Source: Octopus vulgaris (Eukaryota). From it: a stretch of DNA of 64,000 bases. The notes beneath the pieces are model-generated. The model searched no databases and had not been told where the DNA came from. It saw nothing but the letters and a program-made list of their open reading frames with translations. The stretch lies in contig OX597830.1 in assembly GCA_951406725.2 (NCBI GenBank), forward strand, positions 22,444,001-22,508,000, read 5' to 3'. A program made the position numbers and the translations under genes. Positions 51,050-62,075 of the stretch are shown here, one piece after another (position 1 is the first letter of the stretch; each line of letters starts with the position of its first letter).

Positions 51050-51774
51050 CCCGAGGTAGAGAACTGTGGCTTTGGTCTGTTAATATAAAAGTTGAACTTT
51101 GGTGTTTGTTTTTATGTGTTGTTGTTTAGTCCTAAGTCAGTGCTGATGTAGCTGACATGTGTTCAAAGTATACCAGCTTTTATTTGAAGCTTGTGTCACA
51201 CTTTATGACCACATGGAAATAAAATTTCATTGTGACTTAACTGAATTATAAATGCATTACTCAGTGAGTCATACTAAACGCTGAATCTGGCTTAATTGTA
51301 AATCCAAATAATGTTATCAAATTATGACCTACTAGGTCATGTCATTTTTATTTTCATTTACCCTTTTCATACCAACCTGCCTGAAACTGCCCCTGGTTCT
51401 GGTATAAACTCTGTTTGAAAGTGGTCTGAATTAAAACCTCCCATTAAAATTTCATGTTTAATTTATTTCAAGCATCAGCTTAATAACGAGAAAATTATTT
51501 TACCATCTAGTTTTCATTATTTTCCAAAAGAAAAAAATGTAATTTAACAGAAATATGGTGAGATAAGGGTTAACAAGGGTCTAAAACTTGTGAGTGAATT
51601 TGTGAGATGGAAATTGAAAGAAGCCCATTTTGTGTGTGTGTGTGTGTGTGTACCTTGTCTTGATAGTGTGTGATTGTTGTAAGTCACTCTCATACAAGTG
51701 GTTTGTTTCTGGTCTTCTGTTAAAACCATGCCTTGTCATGTGATATTCTACCTTGCTTGCTTGCTTTGGAAATC

Positions 51775-52095
51775 AACATCATCATCATTATTCGACTGTG
51801 GTCGAGACAATGGAATTTACTATGCAACACCAGACTTCACAGTCCATCATAGCATTACGGAGGTCTTGTTGCTGGATGCCTGTATCCCTGGAGATTAGAA
51901 CAGGGTAGGAGAGTGTGCGCCCTCTGGTATCGCGAGTAGATCGCCTCCAGAGGAGAAGAGTAGAAATTGCCTCGTTTTCAGCTCTACAACAATATCCAGC
52001 AAACTGGACTCTCCTACCTTTCACAAGAGATGATACAGGTGGTAGTTTCCCATATATTTGCATTTTGGTTGGATGACACTTCCACAAGAGATTTT
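51775..52095 (-). mobile_element. 3' end of an RTE-clade non-LTR retrotransposon (5'-truncated)
   Basis: 'HPTKMQIYGKLPPVSSLVKGRRVQFAGYCCRAENEAISTLLLW...GRTLSY...RDTG...AMMD..VW' is a typical RTE C-terminus. The stop is followed by a (TGA)n tail. Confidence 0.8.
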
Positions 52096-53293
52096 GAGCT
52101 CTGGAAATGATTTTGAGCTTTGGAAATGATGAGGGTTGGTAACAGGAAAAAAACATCCAACCATAGAAACTCTGCCTCAACAAATTCCACCCAACCCATG
52201 CAGGCATGAAAAAGTGGACATCAAATAATGATGAAGTAAGGATGGTCAGTTTTTCCTCTATGTTTTGTGGCTATGATGAGAGAAATAGTTTGGAGGATGA
52301 GATTAATAAGGTTGAGGATAAGGACCTTCCTATTTGATGAACTCACAGAGGAGGATGGGGAGAAGCATTGCCTTCCTGTAAATTTCCTGAAAGGGATTGA
52401 GTATGGCTTGAGTGGTTGGGTCTATACAAAGCATGTGAATGTATGACCTGAGTGAATGGGTTTACTCTGAGTATGTGAATGTATGGCTGTTGACCACTGC
52501 TGGGACAGGGCTCTTGCTCTTGATAGTATGAAAAACCCAGAATCTGTAGGGTTTCTGACTATACCCCAAATGGCTGTGTCCCTATGGAGACATTGTCATT
52601 TATATTGTTTATTCTCATCTGCTTTCTCATATGCTTAATTCTTGATCCTAACCTCAACTGGTTTGTAACTTGTCCTTCTAATGTCCCCTTATCCATTGCG
52701 CTTGGAATAAAAAAAAATTGTTGTTGGTAGCTTAGCAGAATTGGTAGACAAACACTATATCATTATACTTTTCTACTCTAGTCACAAGGCCAGAAATTTT
52801 TGGGGAGGGGCCAGTCGATTTGATTGAACCCCAATATGCAGCTGGTACTTAATTTATCAACTCCGAAAGGATGAAAGGCAAAGTTGACCTTGGTGAAATT
52901 TGAACTCAGAACGTAAAGACAGATGAAATACAATTATTTTGCCCGGTGTGCTAAATGCTTAACAATATTTTGTCTGTATATCAGGCAATATATAATTATA
53001 ACAATGTCTGTGTTGTTAAATGTGTAAGACCTCATCATAAACCCCTGGACACAACTGCTTTGAGAGTTAGGACTCATAGGGCTCGTTTCCATGGTGCATA
53101 AGTGAATATGATGCCAGATTGTCGCAGGGCTACTCATTTACAACTGAGTGGACTGAAGCAATGTAAAATGAGGTGTTTTGCTCAAGAACACAACACACTG
53201 CCCTATCTGTTATTTGAAACTGCAACACCTTAACCACTTGACCATGTACCTTCATTGTATAAAGTATGCTATTTTATTATTTGGTCACTCACT

Positions 53294-53632
53294 GCTGAGA
53301 CCCCCTTCGGTCATGACTGACCGTAGGATTGCACCTAGAAAGTTACCCTCCCAGGTACAAGTCCGGGCAAGGTTGTTTATGGAAGACCAGCAGTCGCCCA
53401 TGCATACAGGCCTCCCCTCTCCACGCCACTGATGTTATCCAAGGGAAGGGCAAGGGCCGATACAGTGTGGCACCTGTGACATCGCAACTCATTTCTACAG
53501 CTGAGTGAACTGGAGCAATGTGAAATATAGTGTCTTGCTCAAGAACACAACATGCAGCCTGGTCCGGGATTCAAACTCACAACCACTCGATTATAAGCTC
53601 GACGCTCTAACCACTGAGCCATGCGCCTTCAC
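53294..53632 (-). mobile_element. tRNA-headed SINE family D with 11-bp TSD
   Basis: ggtcactcact at 53283-53293 and 53633-53643. Confidence 0.9.
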
Positions 53633-55777
53633 GGTCACTCACTAATCTGTTCGCAATCATCTTGGTATTCCTATCCTTCTTGAAATCTCTGGTTTGACAT
53701 GGCTACTGGGCTGCTTTGTCAGTTCAAGACACCTGATGCCACAAAAAGTACTCTTCTGGTCCTCTCCATGCCATCAGCCAGCCTGTCTGATATGTATAAT
53801 CTGTTGTGCATGCATTTATTCAGTGTTCAGTCATTGCTGATTTATTGGATTTTGTCAAACAGCTGTTGTTGTGTGATTATGGATCCAGTTGCCTGCTGAT
53901 TCCAGCATGAAAAATCTCCCACTGATTTCCATTTTGATTGGGAAAGTCTGGTAGTTATCTTCTTTCTGGTTGTTTTGGTGAATGTGTTGTACTGAAAGTA
54001 TTGAAGATAGATAGCACTGTGTAACATGATTTTTGTCCTTGGATAGCAACTGTCATTTCTTGTTTGCTTACCTCTAGAAAGTATAAAAACTGGCTAATAT
54101 TTCCTTCAAACTTTGCTTTTTTAAAATCTATTGAAGCCCCCCAAAAATCCCTCTCAACACATGGCTATGATGCTCCCCGACTGCTCATGATCAAAGATGC
54201 ACATATTGTCAGCCACTAAGGGACATGCTCAAGTAGATATGGTCAAGCAGCTGACAAGCAAATCTGTGGTGTTGAGCAGAATATTTGCTATAACGATATT
54301 TCTGTTTCAGCAGCTCAGCATCGAATCTATCTGAAATGTAATGAAAAATAGGTTAGTTTCAAAACGTTGATGTCCAGGTCACAAAAGCAAAGTTTGAAGG
54401 GAATAGTTGCCATTTCCCTTGATTTCTAGATAGAAGCAAAAAGGAAGTAGCACCTAAACAGACTAAAGGCAAAAAAAAAAAAAAAAAAATTGTAACTTTT
54501 CTCTCTTGTCAAGTTCTCATCACTGTTTTTAAGTTCCACTTAGAGTGGAAGCTGGAGGGTAGAGAGTTATGTTAATCTCCAGCAAATTTATTCGAAGGTG
54601 AGTGAGTGAGTGGCAGATATGGCCCGAGTGATTTGACCTCTCTCTTTCCATACTCTTGTGGGCTGGGGAGTGACAGCTTGAGAAAGGCACTTATCATAGT
54701 TGGAGTAATCTAGGATGTATGGGGTTCCTTGATTGTCTCTGGATAATGGTCCTACTCAAAAAAAAACAAAACAATTAATAAAAATAAGAAATAAGTGGAA
54801 ATTTTACCGAACACAAAAAGAAAACGACTCTCCCCAGACACAACAGAATTAAAAAAAATTCTGTATAACATAATTGCCATTTCTCATTTGATTTTTGTGC
54901 AAATTCCCACAGTTTTTTGAAACCTGTAAGGGATCATTGTTATCATCATTGATAAGGTGAGAAACTGGCAAATCATTAGCACTGGAAAAAAAAAGTACCT
55001 CAGCCTTTCGGCATTCAGATTACACTGTGAAATGTAATGCTTATTTATTCACATTTAAAAAAAATTAATCCTGCATCATATCATAGCTTTGAAATATTGA
55101 TGATATGATTGTTTATTTTTAGAGTGACATTGTCAAGTAGGTGTGAGAGGTTGGATCTGGTCAGTTTGAACATAGAACAAGTAGAATCTTTGGACCTGAT
55201 AAGGCTGGTTTAAATGCTAAAGGGTTAAGGTATTTGTTCCGAGCCTTTACATTCTGATTTCAAATCCTGCCTAGGTCGACTTTGCCTTTCATCCTTTTTG
55301 TGTAATAAAATATCATTCAATAATTTCAGGCCTTGCACCTATATTATTTCTTATGACTCTTTACATTCTGAGTTCAAATCCCACCTAGGCCCACCTTACA
55401 TTTTCTCACTCCAAGATCAATAAAATAAATGTACCAGTCAAATACTGTGTGTGTGATTTAATCTACTTATCTTTCTTCTAAAATAGTTGGCCTTGTGCCT
55501 AAATCAGAAACAGTTGAGTGTTACTATTTAAGGCAGTCATTTGGCAGAATCATTGGTGTTGGACAACATACTGCAGTATTTCTTTTGACTCTATATGTTC
55601 TGGTTTCAAATCCTCCTGCAGTCAACTTTGGCTTTCATTCATCTAGTGTTGATAAAGTACCCGTCAAGTACTGGATTTGATGGTATCAACTAATCCTTTC
55701 TCCAAAAAATTGCTGGCCTTGTACCGGAATTGCAAATAGTAATTATTATTATTAAGGAACAAACTAGCCGAATTGTT

Positions 55778-55941
55778 AGGAGTGGCTGTGTAGTAAGTAG
55801 CTTGCTTACCAACCACATGGTTTCGGGTTCAGTCCCACTGCGTGGCATCTTGGGCAGGTGTCTTCTGCTATAGCCTTGGGCCGACCAATGCCTTGTGAGT
55901 GGATTTGGTAGACGGAAACTGAAAGAAGCCTGTCGTATATA

Positions 55942-55987
<46 letters not shown>

Positions 55988-56205
55988 TGTGTGTGTGTTT
56001 GTGTGTCTGTGTTTGTCCCCCTAGCATTGCTTGACAACTAATGCTGGTGTGTTTATGTCCCCGTTACTTAGCGGTTTGGCAAAAGAGACCGATAGAATAA
56101 GTACTGGGCTTACAAAGAATAAGTCCCGGGGTCGATTTGCTCGACTAAAGGTGGTGCTCCAGCATGGCCGCAGTCAAATGACTGAAACAAGTAAAAGAGT
56201 AAAGA
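55778..56205 (+). mobile_element. SINE family A (same subfamily variants as the 18 kb copies)
   Basis: Shares ggcatcttggg, ttctgctatagc, gaccaatgcc and ctagcattgc variants. Confidence 0.85.
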
Positions 56206-57122
56206 GACACCGGCCCAAATGCTTAGCAGTATTTTGCCCATTGCTATGTTCTGAGTTCAATTTCCACTGAGGTCAACTTTGCCTTTCATCCTTTCAGAGT
56301 CAATAAATTAAGTACTAGTGAAACACTGGGCCGATGTAATTGACTAGTCCCGTCACCCAAAATTTCAGGCCCTGTGTCTATAGTAGAAAGTATTATTATT
56401 ATTATTATTATTCATGGTTTGAGAAGCAGTGTCAGGAGTTTCCTTTCATCTTCACAAGGAATAAAGTACATCTTGGATGGGATATGTCTACAGATATGTT
56501 TACAGACTTCGGTCTAGTTGTTCTCTCAAGTATACCTGTCTATATTTATAGGCAATCATCTTGTCAGAATCTTTATAGAACTGAGTGATTGTCTATTATT
56601 ACTGCTGTACTAATTACAACTAGGTTAACAGACATTACTTACATGCCGTGGTGTTGTCTATTCAGTATTTATGTCTGTGTAGTTCCTTGACTTCTCAAGT
56701 TTCTTTTACACAACATTTCAGTCAATCAATGTTGTTTTGTCAGTTATTAACATATTAATGTCCTTTTTCTTTCCTTCTGTTTTTATTTATTTTTCTCATG
56801 GGTTGTATAATAAGCCTTTGTTGTGCTATGAGATCTTTGGATTTTTCTGAGACAGATAGCTTTGTGTAAACACAGCACAGAGATTTAGTGACCTCGCAGT
56901 ATATTGGACATAACAAACGCACACACACATGCATACACCCTTAATTCCTTCAGAGAGTAGGCCATTGACATTTTCTTCCATTGTTCTCAGCTCTAGTTTG
57001 TCTTTTCTGTGTCTCCCAGGTCTTGTTGGTTTTACACTGTCATTGAAGATTCCGTAACTTGGCTTTTTTTCCCCTAGGTAGGGTTGTTGGCCTCTGTTGA
57101 TCTGTACTTATTCTATGTAGAG

Positions 57123-57471
57123 AAGTGGTTCTCAGTTGGGGTCCATATAGCCCCTGAGGATCCATATAGGATTTTGGGGGTACACGCAACAAAAGAGTAA
57201 ATTGGGGATCCACAATTGTATTTTAAAGGCCTCTGAAAAAATTTTGCTTTCGATTTATGCATTGGTATGTCTGTAAGAAACAGCTAGGTTTCTTTCTCCA
57301 ACATTTTACATAGTTCAACCTACACAAGTTGAAGTATGAAAAACAAAATTGGAATTTTGGAAGAAGTATCTATAAACTAGTGTTTAAACATTGAATGGCT
57401 TTGTTGGGGGTCTACCAAAGTAAAATAATAATCAAAGGGGTCCATAGATAAAAAATGGTTGAGAACCCCTG
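57123..57471. mobile_element. hAT-type MITE with 8-bp TSD
   Basis: atgtagag|aagtggttctca ... tgagaacccctg|atttagag. Confidence 0.8.
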
Positions 57472-57956
57472 ATTTAGAGCCTATTAGAGTAGAAATGCTC
57501 CTCAGAAGAGAGGGCAACAAAGTAAAAGGACGAAATTTAGTAGAAAGATGAATTACTTGATTAGTAAATTTACAAAGGAGGTACAAGAGAAGAAAGTTTA
57601 GCAAAGCAACAACCGTGGAAGTATTTCTAGAATAAAGTGACAATGTCTCAATGTTGAGAGAAAGGTTGAGGTTTAGTTGCTAAAACAGGACCAATAATGT
57701 TAAGAAATTTGCTTTTGAACTCGATCAAGAAGAGAAAGCACATATCATATCCTGATTAATCTGGTCATAATCTAGCTTTATAAGTCTGTACTTATTCTAT
57801 CGGTCTCTTTTGCTGAATCGCTGTTACTGGGATGTAAACAAACCAACACTAATTGTCGAATGAGTGGGTGGGACAAACGTAATCACACACACACAACTGG
57901 TTATATGTGTATATTTTTTTCTCTCCTTGTTTCTTTCTGTGTTTCTTTTCTGTGTA

Positions 57957-57994
57957 TCTTTCTGTTGAAGAGCGTAGGCTTGAAACGTAAAAGA
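57957..57994 (+). ncRNA. Minimal type-I hammerhead ribozyme-like motif (Penelope pseudo-LTR type)
   Basis: UCUUU-CUGUUGA-A-GAGC-GUAG-GCUU-GAAA-C-GUA-AAAGA. Perfect 5-bp stem I, 4-bp stem II, palindromic ACGU stem III. Core variant CUGUUGA. Confidence 0.6.
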
Positions 57995-58948
57995 CTTGTT
58001 TTATTTCCATTCCTGAGCGCCATACTAATACAATTGTTTGTTTGTATTCCACCTGCCTTCGTCTTTTGTTTATTTTCATAAAGCTTCCCGTTATATATGT
58101 GTATATGCACGAACAGGGTTGTATGGTTGAGAAGTTGTTTCTCAGTCACACAGCTTTGGGTTCAGTCCCCTCTGCATGGCAACATGGCCAAGTGCCTTGT
58201 ATGACCCTGGACTGACCAATGTCATGTGAAGGATTTTGTTAGTCAGAAACTGGAAGAAGTCTGTCATATATTTGTGTATGTGGCTGTGTAAATGTTCACC
58301 ATCTGTGCTGAGCTATGGTTACATTCAGTGACATCACTATTTGCAGCTCCTGCATTCAGTGACATCACTATTTGCAGCTCACCTGCAAGCAGTGATGTTA
58401 GTGTTTGTTGACGTTTCCTGTCAATAAATTGTCAGTAAGCTCTTTGCTTTCAAATTCCTCTGGGAACAAAACATTCTTTGCTGGCAAGGTAAGGGCTGGT
58501 GACAGGAAAACCATCTGGTTGTGAAAGTTGTAGCTCAAATACCATCATATGAACCTTTCTTGCTTGGAAAAATAAATTTCAAATAAATGAATGAACAGAT
58601 GATAAACCAATGTTGGGAAAATTGCTCAGAGATGCCATCTACATGAGCAATAGTTAAGCTTATGCTAAGATAGTTAATGAAGTATTAACTATTGTTTTTC
58701 ATGTGTATGATGTCTCTGGGTAATTTTTTCTTCAGTGGTTTATTATTTTAGTAAATGTGTTAATTTTTATGTACATTTATTGTACATTATGTAGGCACAG
58801 CAGTGGCTGTGTGGCAAGAAATTAGTTTCCTAGCCACATTGTCCTAGGTTCAGTCCCATGGTCTGGTATGTTGGCCAAGTGTCTTCTACTGTAGACCCAG
58901 GCCAACCAAAGCCTTATGATTGGATGGAATCTGAAAGAAAACCACTGT

Positions 58949-58966
58949 GTGTATGTATATGTCTGT

Positions 58967-59024
<58 letters not shown>

Positions 59025-59053
59025 ACACACTCACACACACACTCACACACACA

Positions 59054-59121
<68 letters not shown>

Positions 59122-59147
59122 CACACACACACTCACTCACACACTCA

Positions 59148-59211
<64 letters not shown>
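58949..59211. repeat. Long (CA)n/(CACT) microsatellite inside an old SINE A (58793-59420)
   Basis: About 260 bp of CA with interspersed CT. Confidence 0.95.
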
Positions 59212-59213
<2 letters not shown>

Positions 59214-59478
59214 ATATCTATGTATGTGTGTCTTTGATTTTGGCCTGCATCATCACCACTTGACAATGGGTGTTGGTTGGTTTATGTCCTTGTAATGTAA
59301 TAGTTCCACAAAAGAGACTGACAGAATAAGTATTAGGGGTTGATTTGTTTAACTAAAACCCTTCAAAACAGTGCCCCAGTGTGGGTGCAATTGGAAAACT
59401 GAAACATGTAAATGATGAAAGCTAATTATGTTTTATGATTATCTTTCCACTATTTTGGTAAGTACATTATAGACTATA

Positions 59479-59519
59479 CTTTGTTGAAGAGGTCTAATGA
59501 GAATGAAACCTGTCCAGAG
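59479..59519 (+). ncRNA. Decayed minimal hammerhead-like motif (different family)
   Basis: CUUUG-UUGAAGA-GGUCU-AAUG-AGAAU-GAAA-CCU-GUC-CAGAG. Stem I CUUUG/CAGAG pairs fully, with a GUC triplet and an AATAAA shortly downstream. C3 and stem II are mutated. Confidence 0.5.
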
Positions 59520-60213
59520 ATGTCTTCTGTACTTAATAAATATTATCGAAATAATATCAGCACATTCTGTGTAGTAGTTGGTGTTAGGCAGGGAATCTAG
59601 CCTCAGAAACTATGCCAAAAATTCAACATATGAGGCATGATCTATCAGCTTGTTTGAAAGGGTTGTAACTCTGAACAAGAACTAACTCAGGGCCATGACA
59701 AGTTGTTCAAACTTTGCCAGCATTGAAACCAGACATATGATGATGATGTCATTAAGCTAGTGTCATCTTTTCCTCAATGCATAATTGTTATTAATTAGCT
59801 TTTTGATATGCATTGTATTAAATGTGTTAATACCAGTTGCATGTGGTGGTGGTTTGTTGTAGGGTGTGCTATCATGTTGAATCTACTTCTCTGGCATGAA
59901 AAAAAAATGTATAAATTTTGTGTTATTTCTGTAAATAATCTGTATTATTAGATTCAAAAGCAAATTATGCCTGGATTGTATCATGATATGATATGTTCTT
60001 TCTCTCCTTGATTGAGTTCAGAAGCAGATTTCTAACATTATTGGTCCTGTTTTGGCAGCTAAACTTAACCTTTCTCTCAATGTTGAGACATTGTTGCTTT
60101 ATCTCTATTCTATAAATACTTCCATGGTTGTTGTTTTGCCAAATTTTCTTCCCTTGTACTTTATAAATTTACCAATCAAGTAATTCATCTTTCTGCTAAA
60201 TCTCATCCTTTTA

Positions 60214-61455
60214 TTGGGTCATCCCGTAAATAATGTGATTTTTTTCATACTTCTTTTATTTGTCAAAATTAAGACATAGTACCTTTTTAATCTAAAATAT
60301 ACTCTCCTTCATTTTCTACAATACTCTTCCATCTATCTGGTAGACTTGCAAGCCCCCCCCCTCTTCCAAAATTCACTTTCCCATGATGAAAAATACTCCT
60401 CCAGCACTGTTCTGATCTCGTCTACAGAATTCATATTTTTTCTGTCCAAATGATTTTGAAGACTGCAGAATAAATAATAATTAGATGGGACAATGTCCAG
60501 CAAATATGGTGGATGGGGCATCATTTCTCGTTCAAACTTCTCCAGCCTTTGAAAAGTTATCCTCACTGTATGTGGCTGAGCATTATCCTGATGGAAGAAC
60601 ACCTTTTGTCTTGAAACCAGAGATGGTTGTTTTGCTTCTAGTGCTGACTTAAGCAACTCAAGCTGCTCACTATAGATCTCCTTTGTTATCATTTGAGTTG
60701 GGTTTAAAAGTTCAAGGTGGACTAAACCTTTCATATCCCACCACACAGATAACACCTTATGTGGGTGAAGACCTTCTTTAGCCTGGTGTGCTGGTGTTTC
60801 TCCTTTCCCTACCCACTGTTATCGGCACTTGACATTTTTATAGAGAATCCGTCACCAGTCACTATTCGGTGCAAAAAAGGTTCATTTGTGAGACGTGACA
60901 GCAAAGATTACACATTCACTCTCTACATGTGATTAAACTCAGAAAATTTGTGAGGAACCCAGTGACCCAATTTGCTGACTTTTCTGATGGCACATGAATG
61001 TCAATGAACAGTTGAATGACCAAATCCAAGCCTCTCTGCTAGTTCCTCAACAGTTACAATGGAATTTAGTTTCACCAGGATGTCTTTGTCAAGCTCTACA
61101 TAGCTTCTAGGCTGTAATTCCTAGCTTGGAATTTCTGGAACCACCATTGACACTGGCTTACGCCTATTGTCTGATTCCCATATACTGCATTAATTTTCCT
61201 GCACTTTCCGTTGCATTATTACTTCTATTGAACTCATAAAGCAAAATATGCCGAATATACTCCTTTGTCACTTCCATTATAGCTTTGAAAAAATAACTGT
61301 TAAAATTGAACTGCACTCTTCAAAACTTGCACTAAGAATAAGGACAAGGTAAAATTACTATTTTTATAGCAAATTGATGCAGGTAGTTTATCTTGTCCCC
61401 TTCCGATTTTTAGTTCATGCAAGTGAAAAACCGCATTATTTATGGGATAACCTAA
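60214..61455 (-). mobile_element. Near full-length mariner transposon, inactivated
   Basis: TA|ttgggtcatcccgtaaataatg ... cattatttatgggataacctaa|TA, 1242 bp. Transposase remnant 'MLSVWWDMKG...FHQDNAQPH...PHPPYLLDIVPSNYYLFCSLQNHL' (60333-60755) with upstream frameshifts. Confidence 0.93.
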
Positions 61456-61844
61456 TACTTTGTTGTTCCCTCCTTTAAGAAGTGTTTCTCCCCTAATTTC
61501 TCTCCATGAGCTTCTTGTCTTGTGGCACTTAATCTCTTCCTTCTCGTTTTTTCTTAGATAAATATGATCTTAATGCTTTCAAATTTTGCATTGATTGTTT
61601 TTCTGATTGTTGGAGGCAACTTCTCATTAAATTAAAATAAAATTTTCCTTTCCATTTCTTTTGTAACTCCCAACATGCTTAATTGTTTGCTTGAGGGCTG
61701 TTCTATCATTGGTTGCTTGCTGCCGTGTTGGGAATAACTTCCAATAATAATAATAAAAAAGAAAAAAGGGAAATTGAATTTACCGTCTTTGGTAAATATG
61801 CCCTTGGTTAACACTAAAATATACAGAGCGGTTGTGTTACATTA

Positions 61845-62075
61845 GTGTTGTGGTGGTGGTGAAAATGGTAGTTGTCATGGTAGTAGTTGTGGTGTTGGTA
61901 GTTGCTGTGGTAGTTGTAGTGTTGGTAGTTGTGGTGTTGGTAGTTGTGGTGTTGGTAGTTGTGGTGTTGGTAGTTGTGGTGTTGGTAGTTGTGGTGTTGG
62001 TAGTTGTGGTGTTGGTAGTTTTCATGGTAGTAGTTGTGGTGTTGGTAGTTGTGGAGGTAGTAGTAGTTGTTGTGA
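61845..62075. repeat. 15-bp minisatellite (GTGGTGTTGGTAGTT)n
   Basis: About 7 near-perfect and several degenerate units. Directly followed by a SINE A tail. Confidence 0.9.
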
